NCBI GenBank assembly: GCA_002269645.1
Contig: NIVC01002145.1
Span: 124,001-188,000 of the forward strand
Length of the DNA: 64,000 nt
Source: Macrostomum lignano
Taxonomy: Eukaryota
Reading direction: 5' to 3'
The first letter of the stretch is position 1, and each line of letters begins with the position of its first letter. Position numbers and translations under genes: made by a program. Below the pieces are notes generated by a model, which was not told the origin of the DNA, did not search any database, and worked only from the letters and a program-made list of their open reading frames with translations. Positions 1 to 11,295 of the stretch are shown here, one piece after another.

Positions 1-601
1 ATAAGGACCCTAAACATAATGACCCTAACCATAAAGACCCTAAACATAATGACCCTAACCATAATGACCCTAACCATAATGACCCTAACCATAATGACCC
101 TAACCATAATGACCCTAACCATAATGACCCTAACCATAATGACCCTAACCATAATGACCCTAACCCTAAGGACCCTAACCATAATGACCCTAACCATAAT
201 GACCCTAACCCTAAGGACCCTAACCATAATGACCCTAACCCTAAGGACCCTAACCATAATGACCCTAACCATAATGACCCTAACCCTAAGGACCCTAACC
301 ATAAGGACCCTAACCATAATGACCCTAACCATAATGACCCTAACCATAATGACCCTAACCCTAAGGACCCTAACCATAATGACCCTAACCATAATGACCC
401 TAACCCTAAGGACCCTAACCATAATGACCCTAACCCTAAGGACCCTAACCATAATGACCCTAACCATAATGACCCTAACCCTAAGGACCCTAACCCTAAG
501 GACCCTAACCATAATGACCCTAACCATAATGACCCTAACCATAATGACCCTAACCATAATGACCCTAACCATAATGACCCTAACCATAAGGACCCTAACC
601 C
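1..601. repeat. Telomere-derived 15-bp minisatellite (CCCTAA-CCATAA-TGA / CCCTAA-CCCTAA-GGA), about 40 units, runs off the window start
   Basis: Tandem ATAATGACCCTAACC with CTAAGGACCCTAACC variants; every unit contains CCCTAA, the complement of the metazoan telomere repeat TTAGGG. Confidence 0.9.
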
Positions 602-843
602 ACTGATTAGCTCTAGAATCACACCTAATTTCGCCTCAATCTCGTCAATATTTTCGTGCCTTGGCTCACGGTTGAATTTATCAATCAAAGCACAAAATTC
701 CAACAAAATCTGTACAGTTCAAAAGTGCACAGAGTCCTTTTTACTCTTCTCCTGTCCCACGCAATAAGTTCGGGAAAAGTAAATCAAAGCTCCATACGAT
801 TTGGAATCTCGCGGTCGGATTAGTAACCCGCCCTAGCCACTGC

Positions 844-3800
844 TCACAGCATCATCTCTTCTATGTCGTCGACATCTTCAGAGTGCCCGACAGCCTGTCT
901 GGCTCCGCTGCCGGCGCTCGGTCGCCGCGGCAGCAACTTGCCGCTGCCGGAGCGGCTGTCGGCGCCGCCGGAGAAGCTACTGGGCTGGTAGCCGGTCCCC
1001 GAGTTGCCGTTCAGCAGCTCGGCCAGCGGGTCCGACCCGTCCGCGTCCAAATTTCGCCGTCGACGGCCGCCGGACTCGCCGCTGCCGCTCCGATCCGGCT
1101 GTAGCGGCTGTCGCTGCTCCGACTTGCTCGACGGCGGCGTGTTGTCGCCCGAGCCGCCGAACAGGTCGGCCATCATCTTTTCTTCGCGAGCCTTCTCGGC
1201 CGCCCGACGGTCGCGTAGCTCTGCCGAGTCGACGGCGGCGGAGGTGTCGGCGGGTGCGGCGGGGCCGCTGCCGGATTCCCGCCTGGAGGCGTTGCTGCTG
1301 CCCTGCTGCTGCTGTGTGTAGCCGGGGACGGCCGCGTTATCGTAGGCCGGCCTGCCCTGGTGGAGATTCTCCACGGACGGCTTGAAGTCGTATTGCTTGC
1401 GCTGCCGTTGCTGCTGCTGCTGCTGCGACGGGTGCGGCGGCGGCTTCTTGTTCTCGGCTTCGTCCTCCTTCTCGTCTGGCGGCATGTCGAGCTCCTTCAG
1501 CCTAGCCAGCAGGGCCGCCTTCCGCTTGCGCTCCTCCTCTTCCTTCTGCGGGAATTTGGGAATTCAGAAAATGGAAATTTCGAAGTTTATAGGACCGAGG
1601 AAAGAAAGACTGTTGGAGGAATCGGGAATCCTGGGAATTCCTATCTATAAGATGAGAGGGAAATCCCAGTCATCCGACCTTAGTCTATCAGGTAAGAGGG
1701 AAATCCCGATCATCTGAGTCTACCGTATTGGGTAAGAGGGAAATCCCGGTCATCTGAGTCTACCGTATTGGGTAAGAGGGAAATCCCGGTCATCTGAGTC
1801 TATGGGGTAAGAGGGAAATCCCGGTCATCTGAGTCCATCACGTAAGAGGGAAATCCCGGTCATCTGAGTCTATTAGGTAAGAGGGAAATCCCGGTCATCT
1901 GAGTCTACCGTATTGGGTAAGAGGGAAATCCCGGTCATCTGAGTCTATGGGGTAAGAGGGAAATCCCGGTCATCTGAGTCCATCACGTAAGAGGGAAATC
2001 CCGGTCATCTGAGTCTATTAGGTAAGAGGGAAATCCCGGTCATCTGAGTCCATCACGTAAGAGGGAAATCCCGGTCATCTGAGTCTATCAGGTAAGAGGG
2101 AAATCCCGTCTAGCTGAGCCTATCGGGTAGGAGGGAAATCCCGGTCATCTGAGTCTATCGGGTAAGAAGGAAATTCCGGTTATCCGAGCCTATCGAGTAA
2201 GAGGGAAATCCCGGTTTTCCGAGCCTATCAGGTAAGAGGGAAATCCCGGTCATCTGAGTCCATCACGTAAGAGGGAAATCCCGGTCATTTGAGTCTATCA
2301 GGTAAGAGGGAAATCCCGTCTAGCTGAGCCTATCGGGTAGGAGGGAAATCCCGGTCATCTGAGTCTATCGGGTAAGAAGGAAATTCCGGTTATCCGAGCC
2401 TATCGGGTAAGAGGGAAATCCCGGTTATCCGAGCCTATCGGGTAAGAGGGAAATTCCGGTTATCCGAGCCTATCAGGTAAGAGGGAAATCCCGGTTATCC
2501 GAGCCTATCAGGTAAGAGGGAAATCCCGGTCATTTGAGTCTATGGGGTAAGAGGGAAATCCCGGTCATCTGAGTCTATCAGGTAAAAGGGAAATCATGGT
2601 TATCCGAGCCTATCGGGTAAGAGGGAATTCCCAGTAGCCAATATATATCGGAATGTCGCGAATCCCAATCAGTCGGGTGAGTGGGGAATTCCAATTGAAA
2701 AGATTCCATATCAACGGAACAATAGGAATTTCCCATGACTCCAATCCCTCGAACCTTTCTCAGCTCCTCCAGCTCCAGCTCCCTCTGTCTGGCCTCCTCC
2801 TGTTCCCGCTGCTGCTGCTGCTGCCGGCGCTGCGCCTCCAGCTCTTCCTGCTCCCGTTCCGCCTGCAGCCGGCGCTGCCGCTCCTCCTCTTCCAGGCGAC
2901 GCTGGGTGGCCTCATCCTCCAGCTGCTGCTTCATCCTGAGAAACGGGGACGGGAGAATGCAGGTGTTTGGGAACTGTGAGCAGTCATACAGTTCAGTCAC
3001 ATGCAGTCATACAGTTCAGTCACATGCAGTCATACAGTTCAGTCACATGCAGTCATACAGTTCAGTCACATGCAGTCATGCAGTTCAGTCGCATGCAGTC
3101 ATACAGTTCAGTCACATGCAGTCATGCTCTGACTCACTGCTGTCTCTCCTTCCTGGCCTCTTCTTCTTCCTCCCGCCTTTTTCTCTCCTTAGCCTCGCGT
3201 CGCTGCCTCTCCTCCTCTTCTCTGGCCCTCTCCGCCTCCTGCTGGTGCAGCCTCTCCGCCTCATCGTCACTGCTGCCGCCATCATCCGGCAGCTCCTGTT
3301 CGGGCGGAGGCGTCGAAGTCGGCTTCGTCTGTTTCGGCGGCTCTTCAACAATGGCCTCCTTCTGCTTCTTGCGCTTCTCCTGCGTGCGTTTGGAGAAAAA
3401 CATGAACAAAAAAAATGCAATTTATTGTCTGCCTACTGTCAGTAGTGAAAACTAAAACTTGGACATCTACGCGTGACGCAGCTTTTAAATTACGTAGTTC
3501 GTAGGTCGCCTACTAATAGTAGCTCGTACGAATATAAATAAAGGAGACGAAAAGCAAGCAAAATGAGACTTTTTATCTAAGGAAGGATGAAGCCAAGTCA
3601 GCGTCGCTCTAGCTCTCGCAAGTGGTGTTTGAAAGGCCGATTTTTGCGCGGAAAAGCATTTTTAAGAATTTTATCAGTTAGTTGGAAATTTACTTCTGAA
3701 ATAAGTAATTGTTTGTAGCTACAAGTCGTCGCAAAAATCGGCAGAGAAAACGATGAAGCATGACCAGCATCTTTTGATCAAAGCGATGAGTATCAATTTT

Positions 3801-6800
3801 TAAATAAATAATAGTGCTTATTTTTGGTTGGCGCACAAGATTTTGAGGGTAAAAATACGTCAGAAAAACATTTAAAACTTAAAGGAATTACACTAACTAA
3901 ACTAATTGAACAACATCCCGCACAAGTCAGTAGTAACTAATGCTTTTTAATTTTTATCTATGCTCATAGATTGATACAACAGCAATACGACGGTATAATA
4001 TAATAAAACTTGAATAATAGTAACGATTTTATTATATTGTAGACCGCATATAGTAATTATTATTACATTAAGTAAGTATTAAATAAATTTTATAATGCAT
4101 TTATTATAACAAAAGTACAATAAAATAATAAGATACGAGTACATCTATGAGTACAACACAACCCACTTTTCAACACAGAGCTATTCAACACATTGAAAAA
4201 TATTTCCGGTGTTACAAATGTTTCTTAGAAAATTCGTGAAGTGAATTCCTAATAGGTGGCCGCTCCTGATCACTCCATCTATACTTGTGGCCATTAAGCG
4301 AGTGAAAGCAATAAGCCGCACATAAAAAATGCAGTTGATTTAACGACAGGTGAATAAAAAGCGAAGTCTTAAATAAATCAACAACTTACTCCGTTGGTAC
4401 TGCTCTTTTTCTGTGCGGCCTGTATAAAAAAATAAAAGTAATATTTTTGGTAGTTTACTAAAAAATTGACAAAAGAGAACGACCACGCCAGGACTCGAAC
4501 CTGGAATCTTCTGATCCGTAGTCAGACGCGTTATCCATTGCGCCACGCGGCCCTCAATGCTTGCAGCCGATTGAAAACCTCTCTATATTTCAATATTTCA
4601 ATTCTACGAGAGAGTTTCTACACAAGCTTTGGCAAACAAAACGTTGTAATTCACACTTGAATGAGTCAGCGACAAAAGTTGAGCTAACAATGGGAGTTGC
4701 TTATTCTCTTTCTCTCTATAGCTACTACTTGCACCAGCCTTACGAGTATTGATTAATTTTTTGCAGGTCTAGAAAAACGAAGCTTTAATGTGTTCACAGC
4801 GGCAACGTAGCTCGTAAGTGTGTGCACAGCAAGTCCTAAACAGCCTAGACTTGAGCGAATGATTTCAATTTTATTTTAAAAAACAACCGCGTTTTTAAAC
4901 AGAACCAAACCACTAAAAAACTTGAAACTGCCAATCTTTTGTTATTCTAAGATGTCCTTTTTATTGCCACATTTTGCCATTTTGAATCAAAGGTTTTGCC
5001 ATTTCTAATCAAAGATGTCATTTTTAATCAAAGATGTTGCCATTTCTAATCAAAGATGGCGCCATTTTTAATCAAAGATGTTGCCATTTTGAATCAAAGA
5101 TGTTGCCATTTTGAATCAAAGATGTTGCCATTTTTAATCAAAGATGGCGCCATTTTTAATCAAAGATGTTGCCATTTTTAATCGAAGATGTCATTTTGAA
5201 TCGAAGATGGCGCCATTTTGAATTGATGATTTTCATGTCAATTTTAACAGTTCTCAAATTAGATGAAAATTTTTTAAAGCTCAAGTCACTCACCTCCATC
5301 TGCTGCCGCCGTTTCTCCTCGTAGGCCTTCATTTTGTCTCTTGGCGTTGAATAGTCGGATCTCGAGGCGCTGTTGAACCGCAGATTCTGCACCGAGCCGC
5401 CTCCGGCTGAGCTGTTGAGATGATGAGGCGGTCGGACGGCCCTCTGAGCGTAGATATTCTGAATGTCCAGAATCTTCTCCTTCTCCTGGCGTTGGGTGGA
5501 TCGCGAGATTGATCAATTAGCAAAATAATACAACACGAACACAATCTGACTACTATAAGTAATCGCATTCAGAATCAGACATGTATTTCAAATTTACTTG
5601 TAGTTAATAATCTTAAAACAAACAATAAAATTTTTGAATTTTAAAATGGATTGTGAAGCTGGGGATTGTGAAGCTTGGGGATTGTGAAGCTTGGGGATTG
5701 TGAAGCTTGGGGATTGTGAAGCTTGGGGATTGTGAAGCTTGGGGATTGTGAAGCTTGGGGATTGTGGAGCTTGAGGATTGTGAAACTTGGGGAATGTGAA
5801 ACTGAAGCTTGGAGTTTGTGAAGCTTGGGGATTGTGAAGCTTGGGGATTGTGAAGCTTGGGGATTGTGAAGCTTGGGGATTGTGAAACTGAAGCTTGGAG
5901 TTTGTGAAGCTTGGGGATTGTGAAGCTTGGGGATTGTGAAGCTTGGGGATTGTGAAGCTTGGGGATTGTAAAACTGAAGCTTGGAGTTTGTGAAGCTTGG
6001 GGATTGTGAAGCTGAAGGTTGGAGTTTGTGAAGCTTGGGGATTGTGAAGCTTGAGGATTGTGAAGCTTGAGGATTGTGAAGCTTGGGGATTGTGAAGCTT
6101 GGGGATTGTGAAGCTTGAGGATTGTGAAGCTTGGGGATTGTGAAGCTTGGGGATTGGGGAGCTTGGGGATTGTGAAGCTTGGGGATTGTGAAGCTTGGGG
6201 ATTGTGAAGCTTTGGGATTGTGAAGCTTGGGGATTGTGAAGCTTGGGGATTGTGAAGCTTGGGGATTGTGAAGCTTGAGGATTGTGAAGCTTGAGGATTG
6301 TGAAGCTTGGGGATTGTGAAGCTTGGGGATTGGGGAGCTTGGGGATTGTGAAGCTTGGGGATTGTGAAGCTTGGGGATTGTGAAGCTTGAGGATTGTGAA
6401 GCTTGGGGATTGTGAAGCTTGAGGATTGTGAAGCTTGGGGATTGTGAAGCTTGGGGATGGTGAAGCTTGGGGATTGTGAAGCTTGGGGATTGTGAAGCTT
6501 GGGGATTGTGAAACTGAAGCTTGGAGTTTGTGAAGCTTGGGGATTGTGAAGCTTGGGGAGGTTGTGGAGCTTGGAGTTTGTGAAACTTAAGGATTGTGAA
6601 GCTATGGGGATTGTGAAGCTTGGGGATTGTGAAGCTTAAGGATTGTGAAGCTTGGGGATTGTGAAGCTTGGGGATTGTGAAGCTTGGGGATTGTGAAACT
6701 GAAGCTTAGAGTTTGTGAAGCTTGGGGATTGTGAAGCTTGGGGATTGTGAAGCTTGGGGATTGTGAAGCTTGGGGATTGTGAAACTGAAGCTTGGAGTTT

Positions 6801-9800
6801 GTGAAGCTTGGGGATTGTGAAGCTTGGGGATTGTGAAGCTTGGGGATTGTGGAGCTTGGAGTTTGTGAAACTTGAGGATTGTGAAGCTTGGGGATTGTGA
6901 AACTTGGGGATTGTGAACTTGGGGATTGTGGGGAGCCGGTGATATTTAATGTAGTTATTGTAGCATTGGAATTCTGGTTTTGTGGAAGCGTACTCAAGAT
7001 AGACTCTCTAGATTCGAACCAAGGACTTCTACCTCAAACACACTATTCATGCTTTTTGCCTACTCTGATATCAAATCTTGAGCACAAAGCGGTATCCTCT
7101 TACAGTCAGCAGCATATTGAATGAGCTCATTTATTGATTTGTATGGATCTCTAGGGATCTCGGTTAATCTTTGTATCTATGCGATTATACATAGTGCATG
7201 CTGATCCGAAATACTAACCTTGAGAGCGGTTGTGGCTTCCTGCAGTTGCTCTTCAAGCTCGCGAACTTTACGCTGCGTCTCCTTGTGCCGGTGGACCTCG
7301 ATTGCCACCTCGTGCCGATGGTTCTTCTGCAGGTGCTCCAGGTGCCGCTCAAGGTCCTGCTCGAAGGTTGCGGGCGGACTATAAACAGACTGATGATAGG
7401 CTATAAACAGACTGATGATAGGCTATAAACAGACTGATGATAGGCTATAAACAGACTGATGATAGGCTATAAACAGACTGAGGGTGGACTATAAACAGAC
7501 TGATGATAGGCTATAAACAGACTGAGGATAGACTTAAAACAGCTAGACTGAGGATAGAATATAAACAGACTGAGGGTGGGCTATAAACAGACTGATGATA
7601 GGCTAAAAACAGACTGATGATAGGCTATAAACAGACTGTTGATAGGCTATAAACAGACTGTAGATAGGTTATAAACAGACTGTAGATAGGTAATAAACAG
7701 ACTGTAGATAGGTTATAAACAGACTGTAGATAGGCTATAAACAGACTGATTATAGGCTATAAACAGACTGTAGATAGGTTATAAACAGACTGTAGATAGG
7801 TTATAAACAGACTGTAGATAGGCTATAAACAGACTGATTATAGGCTATAAACAGACTGTAGATAGGTTATAAACAGACTGTAGATAGGTAATAAACAGAC
7901 TGTCGATAGGTTATAAACAGACTGTAGTTAGGCTATAAACAGACTGTAGATAGGTTATAAACAGACTGTAGATAGGTTATAAACAGACTGTAGATAGGCT
8001 ATAAACAGACTGTAGATAGGTTATAAACAGACTGTAGATAGGTTATAAACAGACTGTAGATAGGTTATAAACAGACTGCGGATTTCCGCTACATAATTAT
8101 AACAGAATGTAGGTGACATTCGCGCACCTGAATTTTCTTCTCCTTCTCAGCGTTGTCATTCTCCAGCTCGGAGACTCGCTTCGCCAGCGCCTCCCGGTCC
8201 GGCAGGCCCTCCTGGCTCGCCTGCTCCCGCAGCCGGTCGTTGAACTTCTTCAGCCTGGCATTCTCCGCTTCTAAGTCTTTGTTTCTAGCGCCGGCCTCAG
8301 AGCAGCGGTCTTTGTAGCGGCGCAGTTGCTCTTTTAGGGTGCGCACCTCCTCCTGATGCCTCGCGATGGTCTGCGACAGCTGGGAGTCCTCATTATCGTA
8401 TTTGTTAAGAGCGCGCTCGTTAATCCGATTCTGCTTTTGCAGCAGCCGATTCTCTGTGCGCAATTCGTTCAGCTCCTTCATAGCGAACTCCAGCTCGTTC
8501 TTCAACTCGGCCATTTTACGGTTTTTGGCGCTCATCACTCGCCTGGTAGCTTGGTCCAGTTGCCTTGGCGACAAGTGATGAGGCCTCGCTCCGGCCTGCT
8601 GCGACCGCTGGGTGTTGCTTCGGTGCTGCTGGTTTTGCCTGCCGCCTGCCACCGTCCTTTTGGCTGCAATTCGATTGGGTGACTCAGTGTTGCAGGAGTT
8701 CTGAGGTGACTCAGGGTTGTAGCTCTGAGGGTGACTCAGGGTTGTAGCTATGAGGGTGACTCAGGGTTGTAGCTATGAGGGTGACTCAGGGTTGTAGCTC
8801 TGAGGGTGACTCAGGGTTGTAGCTATGAGGGTGACTCAGGGTTGTAGCTATGAGGGTGACTCAGTGTTGCAGGAGTTCTGAGGGTGACTCAGGGTTGTAG
8901 CTCTGAGGGTGACTCAGGGTTGTAGCTCTGAGGGTGACTCAGGGTTGTAGCTCTGAGGGTGACTCAGGGTTGTAGCTCTGAGGGTGACTCAGGGTTGTAG
9001 CTATGAGGGTGACTCAGTGTTGCAGGAGCTCTGAGGGTGACTCAGGGTTGTAGCTATGAGGTTGACTCAGTGTTGCAGGAGCTCTGAGGGTGACTTAGGG
9101 TTGCAGCTATGAGGGTGACTCAGGGTTGGAACTCTGAGGGTGACTTAGGGTTGCAGCTATGAGGGTTACTCTGGGTTGCAGGAGTTCTGAGGATGACTCA
9201 GGGTTGTAGCTCGAGGGTTTTGCGAGTGGCTTATGGTGCATCTACTTTGACTTCAGTATGCCTTGTGCAAAGAGAGAGAGATTGCCATCATATGATTTAG
9301 CATGCTTTAAAACTCACAGAATAGATAGATTGCATTATCATGACTACAGCTATGACAGTGCAAATGACATATCCCGGACAGGATTAGGTATCAACTCTCA
9401 GCTGCTGTTTCTACATGGCAATTACTAGGTGCTATTTGGACAATTCCATCTCTACTTTGAACCCTTAATTTGCTGTCTAAGTTACAGTGGCATATTAAAA
9501 GCTTTTGTTTCAAACTCTTTCGCTAGTTAGAACACAGCAAAGCAAGCAAAAATATTATAGAGTATATGAAGTTCCCCAATGATGGGTGTAATTTTGCATT
9601 GCATAAATTAATTATAGCGTTCATTTTTTTCATTTAGTTTTAATAATTCCAGTATTCATTTTAAGACACTGACAATCATACTCAACTTTCGTCTATGGTC
9701 AAAACACTGTCCATAGTCTATGGCACAGACACCGACAGAGCATTGAAACTGCTCGATATCTGAAATTCAATTCCATCCCCATACACGCTTTTGCCCATAG

Positions 9801-11295
9801 ACAGTTGTCGGAGCATGGGTTGAATATGGCTGGCCGTGGCTTAAATTGAATTCTCTCCCCATACACGCTTTTGCCCATAGACAGTTGTCGGAGCATGGGT
9901 TGAATATGGCTGGCCGTGGCTTAAATTGAATTCTCTCCCCATACACGCTTTTGCTCATAGACAGTTGTCGGAGCATGGGTTGAATATGGCTGGCCGTGGC
10001 TTAAATTGAATTCTCTCCCCATACACGCTTTTGCCCATAGACAGTTGTCGGAGCATGGGTTGAATATGGCTGGCCGTGGCTTAAATTGAATTCTCTCCCC
10101 ATACACGCTTTTGCCCATAGACAGTTGTCGGAGCATGGGTTGAATATGGCTGGCCGTGGCTTAAATTGAATTCTCTCCCCATACACGCTTTTGCCCATAG
10201 ACAGTTGTCGGAGCATGGGTTGAATATGGCTGACCGTGGCTTAAATTGAATTCTCTCCCCATACACGCTTTTGCCCATAGACAGTTGTCGGAGCATGGGT
10301 TGAATATGTCTGGCCGTGTCTTGTATTGAATGCTGGAATTCTTAAATAAAATGAAAAATTTTTGATAACAACAAATTTACGAGGCATTGCATGCGGAGTC
10401 TGCCTGTGCTGCACTAATCATACTCATATAATGTAAATATGCATCAATTTGCAAGAATAGACGTGCAATTGGTATTGCAAATAACAGCAAAATCAAAACA
10501 ACAAATCAGAAGGATGTCAGTTCAGAATTTTATGGATTTTTAGTTTTTCAAGTTGTTTGATTTGCAACTTTAAAACATTTGTTTTCAGTAGAGAGTACAG
10601 CGCGGCCCATGGCTGCAGGACTTTGCACTGAGGGACTGCTCATTGGATGTATTCTTATGACAACCTCATCATGTCTTCTCATGTCCTGAGGCTTGCACAG
10701 CTAATGGAAGCGCCGCAATACATTTATTTTACCTTTAACCGGTCCACTAGAGGCCCCAGACGGGCCGGAACCCGGTTTTCGTTTAGCCTGTCGCGGTTTT
10801 TCAGGCTCTTCGTCTGCAACAGTTGGATGACAAGATTGGGCAGGAACAATAAACAGCCAGTAATTAGATACCGTGACGCAGAGGGAGTCAACCTTGGGCA
10901 TATGAAAACCAAATAAAATAGTTAAAAAATGGATTAGGCGTGTTAGTGTTAATGAATAAATTTAGCTGAAACTTGCATGCCACTTAAGCTCTTGATAAGC
11001 TAACTAAATCCATATCTACTTTACCTTTGAGAGCAGTCTTGGAATGCTGATCGTACTCGGGATCGGACTCAAACTCTTCGCTGTAGGCCGGACTGCCTGG
11101 CTGCTGCTGCTGCCGCTGCGGCGACTGTGACGGCGTCCGACTTCGACGAGAGAAAGTGCGCGCCGGGGACGGACTCCGGTCCCGGCTAACACCGTTGTGG
11201 CGACGATTCTCGCCTGTGGAGCTTTGGCGACCGCCGCCGTAGAATGAGTCCTCCCTGGAGTCCTGACGACGAACGGAGCCTCGACTGCCGGACAT
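844..11295 (-). CDS. LCA5: Lebercilin (LCA5/LCA5L)-like ciliary coiled-coil protein, 8 exons, about 780 aa
   Basis: Exons 11295-11025, 10813-10733, 8663-8128, 7356-7219, 5485-5294, 3379-3138, 2935-2755, 1545-844; all GT-AG and phase-consistent (2343 nt). RVMSAKNRKMAELKNEL...ERALNKYD...LPDREALAKRV and KEKILDIQNIY match the lebercilin domain (human RILSARLLKINELQNE / LPERDDLAKKL / KERELDIKNIY, from memory). Confidence 0.85.
1685..2640. repeat. 33-38 bp minisatellite in LCA5 intron 7 (core GTAAGAGGGAAATCCCGGTCATCTGAGTC)
   Basis: About 27 tandem units with a short variable linker. Confidence 0.9.
2980..3128. repeat. 23-bp minisatellite in LCA5 intron 6 (CAGTCATACAGTTCAGTCACATG)
   Basis: About 6 tandem units. 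Confidence 0.9.
4480..4552 (-). tRNA. tRNA-Arg (anticodon ACG), intronic in LCA5
   Basis: GGCCGCGTGGCGCAATGGATAACGCGTCTGACTACGGATCAGAAGATTCCAGGTTCGAGTCCTGGCGTGGTCG: 73 nt, intact cloverleaf, A and B boxes, T-run terminators just downstream. Confidence 0.97.
4975..5225. repeat. About 22-bp minisatellite in LCA5 intron 5 (TTGCCATTTTTAATCAAAGATG)
   Basis: About 11 degenerate units, some with AAGATGGCGCCATTTT (YY1-like palindrome). Confidence 0.85.
5648..6930. repeat. 16-bp minisatellite in LCA5 intron 4 (GGGGATTGTGAAGCTT)
   Basis: About 75 tandem units. Confidence 0.95.
7379..8078. repeat. 21-22 bp minisatellite in LCA5 intron 3 (ATAAACAGACTGTAGATAGGCT)
   Basis: About 32 tandem units filling almost the whole intron. 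Confidence 0.95.
8678..9212. repeat. 25-bp minisatellite in LCA5 intron 2 (GGGTGACTCAGGGTTGTAGCTCTGA)
   Basis: About 21 units, most containing TGACTCA. Confidence 0.92.
9763..10330. repeat. 80-bp tandem repeat, about 7 near-identical copies, LCA5 intron 2
   Basis: TTAAATTGAATTCTCTCCCC recurs at 9841, 9921, 10001, 10081, 10161, 10241 (exact 80-bp period). Confidence 0.95.

Noticed and set aside
19-606. 195-aa MTLTI-repeat ORF
   Set aside because: Translation of the 15-bp telomere-like minisatellite; no coding evidence.
1685-10330. CRISPR-like appearance of the constant-plus-variable (1685-2640) and 80-bp (9763-10330) arrays
   Set aside because: Eukaryotic intron context, no unique spacers (linkers recur or are absent), and no cas genes.
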